From a virus: a stretch of 64,000 nucleotides of DNA. The stretch lies in IMG/VR virus record IMGVR_UViG_3300025767_001103, positions 1 through 64,000 of that record; one strand, given 5' to 3'. Both the position numbers and the translations under genes were made by a program. Positions 30,278 to 40,461 of this stretch are shown piece after piece; the stretch's first letter is position 1; every line of letters begins with the position of its first letter. The notes beneath the pieces were generated by a model that did not search any database, had not been told where the DNA came from, and was given only the letters and a program-made list of their open reading frames with translations.

Positions 30278-30877
30278 ATGAGTAACATGCAAGATAACAA
30301 TAATTTTTTAGTGCAAGGACATATTAAAATCTTTGACCCTGAAACTCAAGAAGTGCTAGTAAACAAGCGCAATGCAATACATTATGAAAATATGAGTATT
30401 GCAATGGCAGAAAGTTTAGGCAATGCGGGTCAGGGTTATATTACTAGTATGAGCTTTGGCAACGGCGGCACAAGTGTTGACCCAACAGGTATTATTACAT
30501 ACCTAACACCAAACAGTACAGGTACAAATGCTAGTTTGTATAATCAAACTTATACAAAAATTGTTGATGACAGAAATGTTAACAACACAGACCCAGCACG
30601 TAATAAAATAGAAACACGGCATTTAAGCGGAACAAATTACACAGACATTGTTGTAAGTTGTTTATTAGATTATGGCGAGCCTAATGGTCAGCAAGCATTT
30701 GATACAGCAACCGATGCAAACAACGCATATGTGTTTGACGAGCTAGGATTACGTAGTTATAGTGCAAGCGGAACAGGAAGATTGCTAACTCACGTTATTT
30801 TCCATCCTGTACAAAAGTCGCTTAATAGATTAATTCAAATTGACTACACTGTGCGTGTACAAAGTTTAACAGGTTAA
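30278..30877 (+). CDS. Baseplate / fibre-attachment structural protein
   Basis: Start moved from 30215 to ATG 30278 (SD and late box, no overlap with the upstream gene); FDELGL...LLTHVIFHPVQKSLNRLIQIDYTVRV; lies between wedge and fibre genes. Confidence 0.6.
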   Translation: MSNMQDNNNFLVQGHIKIFDPETQEVLVNKRNAIHYENMSIAMAESLGNAGQGYITSMSFGNGGTSVDPTGIITYLTPNSTGTNASLYNQTYTKIVDDRNVNNTDPARNKIETRHLSGTNYTDIVVSCLLDYGEPNGQQAFDTATDANNAYVFDELGLRSYSASGTGRLLTHVIFHPVQKSLNRLIQIDYTVRVQSLTG

Positions 30878-30887
30878 GGAATACAAT

Positions 30888-32942
30888 ATGGCATACGAAA
30901 TAAACTATACTGACTCTGTTAACAAAGGCACAATTGTTATCGAAGATGGTACACTTAATCAAGAAACTAGTTTAAGGTTTCCGGGCAGGCAGCGTACCGA
31001 TTATGGACAAGCAATTAGTGAAAACTTCCTACATTTATTAGAAAATTTTGCTAATTCGTCTGCACCTAACAGTCCAGTTGAAGGGCAGCTTTGGTATGAT
31101 AATACAGACGGAGTTGATCAACTTAAAATATATGACGGAACTAATTGGGTAACGGCAGGCGGATTAAAAAAGGCTGCTACTGCTCCTGAAGTTGCAAATT
31201 CAAACCCAGGAGACTTATGGGCTAATACTGATACACAACAATTATATTTGTTTACTGGTTCAAATTGGATTTTAATCGGACCTGAATTTAGCGACGGATT
31301 GCTTACTGGTACATCAGCTGATAATATCTTAGGCGATGACGATAGAGCATATAATATATTAACAGTTAAAATTGAAGATTCTGTTGCTGCTATTTTTAGT
31401 GCGCAATCATTTATTCCTAAAACAACAATTCCGGGATTTAGAACAGGTATTAATGCAGGTTTAAATTTAAGCACCGAGGCATTAGTTGGTACAGAAGTAC
31501 TTAAATATTATGGAACTGCTGAAAAGGCCGAAAGCCTTATTGTTGCAGGAGAAACAATAGCTGCATCAAACTTTTTAAGAGGAAATGCAAGTTCAACAAC
31601 AAACTTTGATCTTAAAGTTAAAAACAATGCAGGCATACAAGTAGGCTCCGGCGGACAATTAAGTGTGTTTATTAGTGGCGAAGCTGGTGTTATTCAACAT
31701 AATACTTCTGGCGCAAATATTGATTTTCGTTTAAGAAACGGTGATCTAATACCTACAGTTATGCGATTAGATTCTGCAGGAAACGTTGGTATCAACACCG
31801 GAGCACCAGAAGAAAAATTAGAAGTTTCGGGCAATGTTAAAATTAATTCTGAATCTGGAGTACCTGACAGTGGTTACTTACAAATTGAAAGTACAGTCCA
31901 AGCATCAAATATAAGTACAGGTTCAATAAGAACCAAAGGCGGTATTGGTGTTGCAAGAGATGCATACATAGGTGGAAATCTTAATGTTCTTGGAGCAACA
32001 ACAGTAGCAAATATTGCACCCGATGCAAATTCTTCTAGAAATATTGGTACTGCAAATAATAAATTTGATCAAATGTATGCTAATACGTTTATTGGTAATG
32101 TTCAAGGTAATGTAAGTGGTACAGTTAGCGGCAGAGCAGGCAGTGCAGATAAATTAGCAAGTGCAACAACATTTGCAGCATCAGGTGATGTAGAAAATGT
32201 AAGTTTTGAATTTGATGGACAAACAGGCGGCAGCACAAAAACATTTAATTTAAGAGTTGCCAACAGCTTTATCAGTAATAAAGAAGTTACATATAATGCA
32301 GGTAATGCTGACGAATTATTATTAAATGTAACTACCGGAACAACCGGCGTTTATAGAATTACAAAACGTAATTTCTTAAAAACTATTCCTTTAGTTCCGG
32401 CAGGAGCAATTATGCCATTTGGTGGTACAACTGCACCAGATGGCTGGTTAATATGCGACGGCAGCGAAGTTAAGATTTCTGATTATACTGCATTGTATAA
32501 CATAATTAAATATAATTTTAAAGATGCAAGTTTACTTTCGGATGAAGGAGTTAATACATTTGCACTTCCTGATATGCGCGGACGTTTTCCTTTGGGTCTT
32601 GACAACATGGGAGGCCCAAGTGCAAACAGAGTAACAGATATTGCAGCTGATGCAATAGGTGGAAACGCAGGAACAGAAACAAAATCAATTGCACTTAATA
32701 ATTTGCCAGAACACGAACACGATATGGAAGGTGATTCAGGTACACAGTATTATGCAACAAGAGTTGGATCAGGCGCAGTACTAGATGAGGAAGCTGTTCC
32801 TTTAACTATTGAACCTGGTGCAGGCGGCACACAGGGTTTTGCGTCAAGTGGTGGCATCAAAACAACAGGCAGTCTTGGAGATGCATTAAACATTATGTCT
32901 CCTTACTTGTCATTAAATTATATTATCTATACTGGAGAGTGA
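30888..32942 (+). CDS. Tail fibre protein with C-terminal phage tail collar domain (gp12-like)
   Basis: N-terminus shared with the next two genes (ENFLHLLENF...PVEGQLWYD); collar motif PAGAIMPFGGTTAPDGWLICDG...FALPDMRGRF...NLPEHEH. Confidence 0.82.
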   Translation: MAYEINYTDSVNKGTIVIEDGTLNQETSLRFPGRQRTDYGQAISENFLHLLENFANSSAPNSPVEGQLWYDNTDGVDQLKIYDGTNWVTAGGLKKAATAPEVANSNPGDLWANTDTQQLYLFTGSNWILIGPEFSDGLLTGTSADNILGDDDRAYNILTVKIEDSVAAIFSAQSFIPKTTIPGFRTGINAGLNLSTEALVGTEVLKYYGTAEKAESLIVAGETIAASNFLRGNASSTTNFDLKVKNNAGIQVGSGGQLSVFISGEAGVIQHNTSGANIDFRLRNGDLIPTVMRLDSAGNVGINTGAPEEKLEVSGNVKINSESGVPDSGYLQIESTVQASNISTGSIRTKGGIGVARDAYIGGNLNVLGATTVANIAPDANSSRNIGTANNKFDQMYANTFIGNVQGNVSGTVSGRAGSADKLASATTFAASGDVENVSFEFDGQTGGSTKTFNLRVANSFISNKEVTYNAGNADELLLNVTTGTTGVYRITKRNFLKTIPLVPAGAIMPFGGTTAPDGWLICDGSEVKISDYTALYNIIKYNFKDASLLSDEGVNTFALPDMRGRFPLGLDNMGGPSANRVTDIAADAIGGNAGTETKSIALNNLPEHEHDMEGDSGTQYYATRVGSGAVLDEEAVPLTIEPGAGGTQGFASSGGIKTTGSLGDALNIMSPYLSLNYIIYTGE

Positions 32943-32943
32943 T

Positions 32944-34848
32944 GTGAGTTATCAATTAAACAAAACAAACGGAGATTTATTAATAGATCTAGTAGACGGT
33001 CAAATTGATAACACATCAACTAATTTAGTACTAGTTGGTAGAAATTATACCGGATATGGTGAGTATTTTAACGAAAACTTTATTAAATTATTAGAAAATT
33101 TTAGTAATACTGCTGCTCCAAGTAATCCATTAACTGGACAAACTTGGTGGGATAATTCAGATCAGCGTTTAAAAGTATACGATGGAACAGTTTGGAAAGC
33201 GTCTGGCGGTCCATTTGTACAAAACACAGTTCCTTCTATGGTAGCAGGAGATTTATGGATTGATAATCTTAAAAATCAATTGTATGCATTTGATGGTACA
33301 GATTTATTTTTAGTTGGACCTCAATATACTACAGCACAGGGAAAAAGTGGATTCGAAATTACTAGTATACTTGACGAACAAAGTAGATCGCGTACTGTTA
33401 TAAATCTATATGTAGCTAATACACTTACTGCTGTGATCAGTTATTTAGATTTTACTCCAATTTATGCACAACGAATTTTAGGTTTAGTTACTGCTGATAA
33501 TCCAGACGGAAGAATATTTACTGGCTTTAACATTATTGACAAAGCCAACTTTAAATTTAGAGGTATTGCAGATTCTGCAAACGCTCTTGTTACTGGCACA
33601 GGCGTAGTTAGAACAGCTGACAGCTTTCTTCCATCAAATGCAAATGGTGAAACAGTTGGTACATTAAAGGTTCTTAATAATGGTGGTATAACAATTGGTG
33701 CATCGCAAGCGCATGTTCAAAAAGTTGTCGGCCCTAGAGTTTACTTTGAAAATCAGTTAAACGATAATGATATAAGTCTTAGAGTTTCAAGTTCGACATA
33801 CGGTAGTATTACAGTTGATGCAATATATATTGATGCAAGCTCAGGTAAGGTTGGAATATTTACTACTGAAAGGTTACCTGAATATACGCTAGATGTTGAA
33901 GGCGATTTGCGTGTAACTGGAAATTTATTAGTAGAAGGTGAAACTACAAGTATTGATGTTGCTACGCTAAGAATTGAAGACAAAAATATCGAAATAGCAA
34001 AAGCAGCAGACGGTGCCACATTAACTGGTGTAGCAGCAGACGATGCAGGTTTAATATTAGATACAAGTGATGTAGGTTCTAAAACATGGACTTGGAAAAC
34101 TGCACAAGATGCATGGACGTCTAATGTTAATGTAGATATAAGCTCAACAACAAAAACTTATCAAATTGCTGGTGTAGATAAACTTACAAATACAAGTTTA
34201 ACAAATATTACAAAAGCATTGGACTTAGATGAAATCGGAACGTTAATAGATTTAAATGTAGATGATATTAATATTAACGGTAGCGTTATTACTTGTAACC
34301 CGGCAGCACTAGGTGCATTGACTATTACGTCATCAACTGGTATTAATATTACTGCCGGCGGAAACATTGCAATTCAAGATAGTAGAAGAATAACCGGTTT
34401 AGGCAATCCTGCACAAAATCAAGACGCAGCAACAAAATATTATACAGACAACCAAATTGCAACAGAAACTATTGTGTTTTCTTTAGATATTACAGGGTTT
34501 AACACACCAAATCCAATTGGAACAGGTGATGGTCCAATAACAAACGTTGCAGCAGTTTTACAGTCTTTATATCCGGCTGCGACAGAAAATAATGGTAAAA
34601 TAGCAAAGATACATACAACATCATATGCTGGCGCAAGTGCTACACTTGCTGCGGCTGATATTAACGCTGCTATTAACTATTCAAGACTTGATGTTGATAG
34701 TAACGGTACACAAAATGAATCAGTTGTACAAGATTTTACATTTGATGATATTGCAGGTGACGTTACACTTGCTCCATTACGATATACTATGACATTCCAA
34801 TCAACTGGTACAACATGGTCGCATGTTACAACAGTAGCATATACGTGA
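32944..34848 (+). CDS. Tail fibre-like protein, paralogue 2
   Basis: GTG start; N-terminal GRNYTGYGEYFNENFIKLLENF...PLTGQTWWD; fibre-shaft-like LDVEGDLRVTGNLLVEG and PAQNQDAATKYYTD motifs. Confidence 0.75.
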   Translation: MSYQLNKTNGDLLIDLVDGQIDNTSTNLVLVGRNYTGYGEYFNENFIKLLENFSNTAAPSNPLTGQTWWDNSDQRLKVYDGTVWKASGGPFVQNTVPSMVAGDLWIDNLKNQLYAFDGTDLFLVGPQYTTAQGKSGFEITSILDEQSRSRTVINLYVANTLTAVISYLDFTPIYAQRILGLVTADNPDGRIFTGFNIIDKANFKFRGIADSANALVTGTGVVRTADSFLPSNANGETVGTLKVLNNGGITIGASQAHVQKVVGPRVYFENQLNDNDISLRVSSSTYGSITVDAIYIDASSGKVGIFTTERLPEYTLDVEGDLRVTGNLLVEGETTSIDVATLRIEDKNIEIAKAADGATLTGVAADDAGLILDTSDVGSKTWTWKTAQDAWTSNVNVDISSTTKTYQIAGVDKLTNTSLTNITKALDLDEIGTLIDLNVDDININGSVITCNPAALGALTITSSTGINITAGGNIAIQDSRRITGLGNPAQNQDAATKYYTDNQIATETIVFSLDITGFNTPNPIGTGDGPITNVAAVLQSLYPAATENNGKIAKIHTTSYAGASATLAAADINAAINYSRLDVDSNGTQNESVVQDFTFDDIAGDVTLAPLRYTMTFQSTGTTWSHVTTVAYT

Positions 34849-34854
34849 TAAAGA

Positions 34855-34860
34855 TAAATA
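34855..34860 (+). promoter_or_regulatory. Putative late promoter TAAATA
   Basis: In the intergenic gap before the fibre gene at 34888. Confidence 0.55.
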
Positions 34861-34887
34861 ATACTAATAGCACTAGGGGTTACTTAA

Positions 34888-36381
34888 ATGGCATATCAAA
34901 TTGATAGATATAATAATACACTGTTAACAACAGTTGAAGACGGCACAATTGATCAAACTACTGATCTTAAATTTATTGGCAAAAATTATGCAGGTTATGG
35001 CGAAATACAAAACGAAAACTTTTTATATTTGCTAGAAAACTTCAGCGGAGCAAATGAACCATCGAGACCAATAAGTGGCCAAGTATGGTTTGATAGTGCT
35101 AATAGTAAAATGAAATTTTATGACGGCACACAGTGGCGTACAGTAGGCGGAGCAGAAGTTGCAGCAAATGAACCTACAGGATTAGTAAGTGGTGATTTTT
35201 GGTGGGACACTAATAATGAACAATTATATGCTAAAGGTGCTACTGGATTTGTACTAATTGGCCCACAAAATGCCGGCGAAGGCGTAACCCAAATGCAAAG
35301 TGTCGAAGTGCTCGATACTACAAGTGCTACAAAAGTTATTATTGCAGCATATGTTGCTGATACAATTGTTTATATAATTAGCCCAGATCAATTTGAATTG
35401 AATTCAAGCGAAACGGCCATTAAAAGTCAAGGGTTTGATGTAATTAGAAAGGGTCTTACTCTAAAATGGACAAAAAATGCCGATAACGGAGTTACTAACA
35501 GTAGCCAAGTTGCAGGTAATGACTTCGAATATCACGGTACTGCTTCAAATGCTTTAAAACTAGGCGGATTACCTGCTTCAAACTTTGTCCAAACAGGTGT
35601 AGGCAACACATCATTTACTAGTGCAGTTGAATTTCCTGACGCTGGATTGTTAATTGGCGATAGTCAAGATTTACAATTAAAAATTGAAAACGGTGATGAA
35701 GCAGTTATTCAAAACGTAACAGGCACAGATAGCATTATTAAATTTAAAGCTACAGACGGCGCCGGCACACTAACTAATATTGCAACTATCACTTCAGCCG
35801 GGCTACGTCCAGATGTAGATAACGCAAAGGATATTGGTACAAGCTCTTTAGCATTTAGAGATGTTTACGCATACAGTTTTGTAGGAGAAGCTACAAAATC
35901 TACAGCAATGCGTGTTGGCACAGATTTCCGTACAGCATCAGTAAGTGCTTCGAACAACACGGTTGCTGTTAGAGATGCAACAGGCAACATTGCTGCAAAC
36001 CTATTTCAAGGTACTGCTACTCAAGCACGTTATGCTGACTTGGCAGAAAAATATTCTACTGCTGAAGAATTGCCAGCAGGTACAGCAGTTGCAGTAGGCG
36101 GCGAAGCAGAAGTAACTCCAGCAAGTGCAAGTGATTTCTGTATTGGTGTTGTTTCGACAGATCCAGCATACATGATGAACAGTGAAGCAGAAGGTCAATA
36201 CATTGGACTTAAAGGGCGCTTACCTGTAAGAGTTAAGGGTGCAGTTAGAAAAGGCGATGCTGTATATGCATTAGGAGATGGTGTTTGTACTACACTTGCA
36301 ACAACAGCATTAGTAGGAATTGCGCTAGAAAGTAATAGCGATGAGGGTGAAAAATTAGTAGAGTGTGTACTCAAAGTATAA
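34888..36381 (+). CDS. Tail fibre-like protein, paralogue 3, with C-terminal intramolecular chaperone / peptidase-G2-like domain
   Basis: Same N-terminal family; C-terminal YADLAEKY...IGVVSTDPAYMMN...GLKGRLPVRVKGAVRKGD resembles the ADxAE auto-cleavage chaperone of fibre proteins. Confidence 0.75.
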   Translation: MAYQIDRYNNTLLTTVEDGTIDQTTDLKFIGKNYAGYGEIQNENFLYLLENFSGANEPSRPISGQVWFDSANSKMKFYDGTQWRTVGGAEVAANEPTGLVSGDFWWDTNNEQLYAKGATGFVLIGPQNAGEGVTQMQSVEVLDTTSATKVIIAAYVADTIVYIISPDQFELNSSETAIKSQGFDVIRKGLTLKWTKNADNGVTNSSQVAGNDFEYHGTASNALKLGGLPASNFVQTGVGNTSFTSAVEFPDAGLLIGDSQDLQLKIENGDEAVIQNVTGTDSIIKFKATDGAGTLTNIATITSAGLRPDVDNAKDIGTSSLAFRDVYAYSFVGEATKSTAMRVGTDFRTASVSASNNTVAVRDATGNIAANLFQGTATQARYADLAEKYSTAEELPAGTAVAVGGEAEVTPASASDFCIGVVSTDPAYMMNSEAEGQYIGLKGRLPVRVKGAVRKGDAVYALGDGVCTTLATTALVGIALESNSDEGEKLVECVLKV

Positions 36382-36393
36382 TAAGGAATCATC

Positions 36394-37317
36394 ATGGCAG
36401 ATATTACAGCAGCAAGAATTAACAATTTGCAATCTAGCATTGCACTTATATTAGGCAATGGCTCAGGACAAAACGGATACGGACAAACAGTTACTAGTAC
36501 ACCTGTTAACAACACAGGTGATGTAGTTGAGGCTATAGATATGAATGCAATTTATGCAGACATTCTTAAAGCAAGAGTACACCAAGTAGGCGCCGGAGAC
36601 ATTAGTATTGCTCAAGTTGTTCAAAATCTTAATACTGTTGCAGAAGCTACAAGTGCATTTGTCGATGACGATGGTGTAACGGCTACTGATCCCGAAGGAA
36701 TTAAAAAGGGTATTTTAGACTTTGAAGCGTTAATGACTCAGGTGCAAGCCGATAAAGCAACTATGCACTCGTCGCAAGCTGCATTAGAACCAGGAATTTC
36801 TAGTGCTAGATCGAGCGGCTGGAATGGATTGCTTACTCACGAAATTACAGTTACTTTTAGTTCTGTAGATTCGCGCAGATTCTTTTTTAATACCGGCGGC
36901 GAAATTAGAATAAGTGCAAATAATACAAGTGCAACTACACCAAAAGGACTAGACTGGAATCAGTTGTGCTCGCAAGTTGGCACAATTAAATTTAATGCTG
37001 AAACAACTGTATCGACAACAGGCGGCGGAACATCTATCGGTAATTATGATTTAACTAGTGCGTTCCAAGACATATACCAAAAGATAGGTAGCGGCACATA
37101 TAGTGCAGTGTACGCAGGCAATATTTATACTGTTAAAGCACGTTCTGATATTGATACACGTATTATTTTTAGAATTGAATTTAACGATGTAGTTTTTGAC
37201 AACAATATTGATAATAACGTTGACGGTAGACTTGAAAGTATAATACAACATTATCGTGCAACCGGCGATGTAACTGTGCCAGCCCCAACTTATTATAATA
37301 CTTCAACATTGGCATAA
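36394..37317 (+). CDS. Virion structural / fibre-associated protein (paralogue pair, copy 1)
   Basis: Shares GYGQ, RxHQVG, RRxFFNxGGEIR and IGNYDLT blocks with the next gene; AAGGA SD. Confidence 0.65.
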   Translation: MADITAARINNLQSSIALILGNGSGQNGYGQTVTSTPVNNTGDVVEAIDMNAIYADILKARVHQVGAGDISIAQVVQNLNTVAEATSAFVDDDGVTATDPEGIKKGILDFEALMTQVQADKATMHSSQAALEPGISSARSSGWNGLLTHEITVTFSSVDSRRFFFNTGGEIRISANNTSATTPKGLDWNQLCSQVGTIKFNAETTVSTTGGGTSIGNYDLTSAFQDIYQKIGSGTYSAVYAGNIYTVKARSDIDTRIIFRIEFNDVVFDNNIDNNVDGRLESIIQHYRATGDVTVPAPTYYNTSTLA

Positions 37318-37344
37318 TCAGCATTTTAGTGTTCGAAATATTTT

Positions 37345-37354
37345 TAAATAAATA
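37345..37354 (+). promoter_or_regulatory. Overlapping TAAATA boxes (putative late promoter)
   Basis: TAAATAAATA in the gap before 37379. Confidence 0.5.
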
Positions 37355-37378
37355 TACTTAACAATAAAGAGATGATAG

Positions 37379-38365
37379 ATGTCAGTAACTATATTAGCAA
37401 GCAGATATAACACACTTCGTAATAATGTAAATTTAGTACTTGGAACATCCGTGTCTGCGTCAGAGCAATATGGGTATGGACAAGGATTTAGTACAAATAG
37501 CGTAGTCGGCACACGTTCAGTTTCAAATCCAGTCGACGCTAACAAAGTTACAGCGCAAGACTACGAAGATTTATATATTGATTTAATACGAGTACGGTCA
37601 CATCAAGTCGGTGCCTCTGTTGCAATAAGTGAATTTGTAGTAGGTGATTATGATACAAACACAGTAGATACTGATTTAATTGAAGAATCATATGTATTAA
37701 GTTTAGAATCATTAGCTTCTAATATTATCACTGACAAATTTGCAGTTGATCCTAGCAATTTGATTGTAGCCAATTTACCAGCTGTAAATTCAACCCGTGC
37801 AGCAGCCACAGGCTCTTGGAATGGTACCATTAGTCATATTTTTACTGTAACATTTAACACTGATACTGAACGTAGACATTTTTTCAATGCCGGCGGCGAA
37901 ATTCGATTTAGTGCTAGTGTAGATTATACAGGAAGTCAGGCAAAAACAGTCGATTGGCAAACAATTTTAAATGCCATGACTACAATTAGTTTTAAAGCAA
38001 CTGAAACTATTAATAATGCTGCCATCGGAACAAGCAGTAGTATAGGAAATTATGATCTTACAACTAGCTATCAGCTAGTGTATTCGAGAGACGGTGGCGC
38101 AGTATATGCTAATAATGAATACAGAATTTTTGCAAGAGAAGTTGTAACAATTGGTGATACATCTACTATACAATTCAAAGTAGAATTTGTAGATGGTACG
38201 CCTAACGATCCAACCTGGGGAATCGACGAGCCAGTTTCTGGCACATTTAATAGTGTGGTACAAACAGCTACTCCTAGCAGTCAAATAACAATTAACGGCA
38301 CTGTGCATGATGCAGTTATAATCGAAACTCCTCCAACTGGTACAAACATAAGAATCCTTAGTTAA
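37379..38365 (+). CDS. Virion structural / fibre-associated protein (paralogue pair, copy 2)
   Basis: YGYGQ...RVRSHQVG...RRHFFNAGGEIRFS...IGNYDLT, collinear with 36394-37317. Confidence 0.65.
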   Translation: MSVTILASRYNTLRNNVNLVLGTSVSASEQYGYGQGFSTNSVVGTRSVSNPVDANKVTAQDYEDLYIDLIRVRSHQVGASVAISEFVVGDYDTNTVDTDLIEESYVLSLESLASNIITDKFAVDPSNLIVANLPAVNSTRAAATGSWNGTISHIFTVTFNTDTERRHFFNAGGEIRFSASVDYTGSQAKTVDWQTILNAMTTISFKATETINNAAIGTSSSIGNYDLTTSYQLVYSRDGGAVYANNEYRIFAREVVTIGDTSTIQFKVEFVDGTPNDPTWGIDEPVSGTFNSVVQTATPSSQITINGTVHDAVIIETPPTGTNIRILS

Positions 38366-38376
38366 CCAATCTCTGC

Positions 38377-38405
38377 TTGACAAATACTTAAATCTAATAT
38401 ATACT
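38377..38405 (+). promoter_or_regulatory. sigma70-type promoter heading the glycosyltransferase / radical SAM cluster
   Basis: TTGACA (38377-38382), 17-nt spacer, TATACT (38400-38405); AGGAG SD before 38432. Confidence 0.85.
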
Positions 38406-38431
38406 AATAGTAATAAACTAGGAGTATAACT

Positions 38432-38782
38432 ATGGATGAGCGTTTAGAAAAAGCATTAGACTTTTCTAACTATATGCTAACACTAAGCAACCAAAAACGA
38501 TTGTTAGCAGAAAAATACCAAGAAGAATTAATACATTTTTACAACGGCTCGCAGTTTACACTTACTCGTGAATTGATTACGTTTGTAAGTGCAATGGTAT
38601 CAGCAGATCAAGACGAAGTTGTTATTACAGATGATAATAATATTCCTTGTATGGTAGAAGACTTAGAAAGCTTTTATAGCGAAATTATAAACAAATATAC
38701 TATTGCGTCCAATGATTACTTTACTGCTTATGCTGATCTTAAAAAGAATAGAAGTGTAGAGAAATTAGTAAACTATGAGTAA
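38432..38782 (+). CDS. Small hypothetical protein, possibly a tail fibre assembly chaperone
   Basis: 116 aa with a strong SD; FYNGSQF...ITDDNNIP pattern and position after the fibres loosely resemble DUF4376-type chaperones. Confidence 0.5.
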   Translation: MDERLEKALDFSNYMLTLSNQKRLLAEKYQEELIHFYNGSQFTLTRELITFVSAMVSADQDEVVITDDNNIPCMVEDLESFYSEIINKYTIASNDYFTAYADLKKNRSVEKLVNYE

Positions 38783-39626
38783 AGGCGCTTTTTTAATTGC
38801 ACGTAATAACGGACACATCGATTATGTAAAACAAGCAGTGTTTCTTGCAAAGCGTATAAAGAAATATTTAAATATTCCTGTGTCAGTAGCAACTGACAGT
38901 ATAGGCTATCTCGAGGACACGTTTGGTACAGATGACTTTGATAAGGTTATTTGGCTAGATTATACTGCTGAAAGTAATAAGCGTTACTTCTTCGACGGCA
39001 CGTTATCAAAGAAGTCGGCAAGTTTTAAAAATAATAATCGTGCAAGTGTGTATGATCTTACTCCCTACGACGAAACGCTATTAATGGACACTGACTATGT
39101 TATATCTAATGATCTGTTAAAAAGTTGTTTTAATTCTAATTCAGACTTTATGATATACAAAAAGTCTGACGATATTGCAAAGGTTCGCAATGAGAGAGAA
39201 TTTGATACTATAAGCAACACTAGTGTTGACTTTTATTGGGCAACTGTTGTCTATTTTAAAAAAACAGAAACTAATACTATCTTTTTTGATCTTGTTAAAC
39301 ATATCGAAGAAGAGTGGAATCACTACAGACGAGTTTACCAAATAACCTCTGGTTTATTTAGAAATGACTTTGCATTTAGTATGGCGATTCACATAATGAA
39401 TGGATTTCAATCTGGAGATTTTGCACAACAACTTCCAGGTAGTATGCTTTATACTACTGATAAGGATGTGTTATGGCAAATGCACGACGACGAAATGATG
39501 TTTTTAGTACAAAAGAAAGACTACTTAGGTGAATACACTGCATTAAAAACTATAGGACAAACTATTCACGTAATGAATAAAAGTAGCCTTAATAGAATAA
39601 TTGATCAGGAGTTTGCAAATGACTAA
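38775..39626 (+). CDS. GT-A fold glycosyltransferase-like protein (GT8/GT77-like), copy 1
   Basis: YVKQAVFLA...YDLTPYDETLLMDTDY (DxD)...VVYFKK. Confidence 0.75.
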   Translation: MSKGAFLIARNNGHIDYVKQAVFLAKRIKKYLNIPVSVATDSIGYLEDTFGTDDFDKVIWLDYTAESNKRYFFDGTLSKKSASFKNNNRASVYDLTPYDETLLMDTDYVISNDLLKSCFNSNSDFMIYKKSDDIAKVRNEREFDTISNTSVDFYWATVVYFKKTETNTIFFDLVKHIEEEWNHYRRVYQITSGLFRNDFAFSMAIHIMNGFQSGDFAQQLPGSMLYTTDKDVLWQMHDDEMMFLVQKKDYLGEYTALKTIGQTIHVMNKSSLNRIIDQEFAND

Positions 39627-40461
39627 GGGAGTGGTAGTTCTTGCACAAAACAATACAACTGATAATTATGTAGAGCAAGCTGCACTACTGGCAATGAGCT
39701 TGCGTTATTATAACAATGTGCCTATTAGTTTAATTACAGACGATAAGGTGCCAGACGAATATGTAAGTCTTTTTGATAAGATTATTCCTATTCCGTTCGG
39801 AGACAGTGCAGACACAAGTGAGTGGAAAGTAGAAAATCGTTGGAAGATTTATCATGCTAGTCCGTATGATGAAACTATTGTAATGGACACTGATATGCTA
39901 GTGTTGCAAAACATTGACACTTGGTGGGACGTTCTTTCTAACTACGAAGTATTTTATACTAGTAACGTGTTAACATACAAGGGCAAAACTGCGAATACTA
40001 GTTACTATAGAAAAACGTTTATTGATAATAATTTACCTAATTTATTCTGCGGACTTCATTATTTTAAAAAGTGCGAGTTTGCACAAGAGTTTTATGCTTG
40101 GTTAGAATTAGTAGTTAATAACTGGGAAACATTTTATGAACAACAATTGTTAGCAGCGTCTCGTCCTAAGCATGTGAGTATGGATGTATGTACTGCTATT
40201 GTAACAAAAATATTAGATTGCGAATCTGATATAACAAACAAAGTTGCCAAATTTCCTAGCTTTACCCATATGAAGCCATATTGCCAAGGATGGCACGAAG
40301 TTCAGACTAGCTGGCAAAGTCAAATAGGTGTTTACATATCCAAAGATGGAAATACAAAGCTTGGTAATTATGTTCAAACAGGAATACTACATTATACTGA
40401 AAAGGACTTTGTAGAAAAGTCCCCAGCACTAGAGCGTTATAGGAATTTAACAAATGTCTGA
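39619..40461 (+). CDS. GT-A fold glycosyltransferase-like protein, copy 2
   Basis: Start moved to ATG 39619 (AGGAG SD); YVEQAALLA...YHASPYDETIVMDTDM (DxD)...LHYFKK; paralogue of the preceding gene. Confidence 0.75.
   Translation: MTKGVVVLAQNNTTDNYVEQAALLAMSLRYYNNVPISLITDDKVPDEYVSLFDKIIPIPFGDSADTSEWKVENRWKIYHASPYDETIVMDTDMLVLQNIDTWWDVLSNYEVFYTSNVLTYKGKTANTSYYRKTFIDNNLPNLFCGLHYFKKCEFAQEFYAWLELVVNNWETFYEQQLLAASRPKHVSMDVCTAIVTKILDCESDITNKVAKFPSFTHMKPYCQGWHEVQTSWQSQIGVYISKDGNTKLGNYVQTGILHYTEKDFVEKSPALERYRNLTNV

Noticed and set aside
2693-38365. Bacterial T6SS, eCIS or tailocin locus (VgrG-like spike, gp25, baseplate J)
   Set aside because: Adjacent gp46/gp47/gp55, T4-type late boxes and several fibre genes indicate a lytic myophage; no TssJLM, ClpV or Afp15-like ATPase is present.
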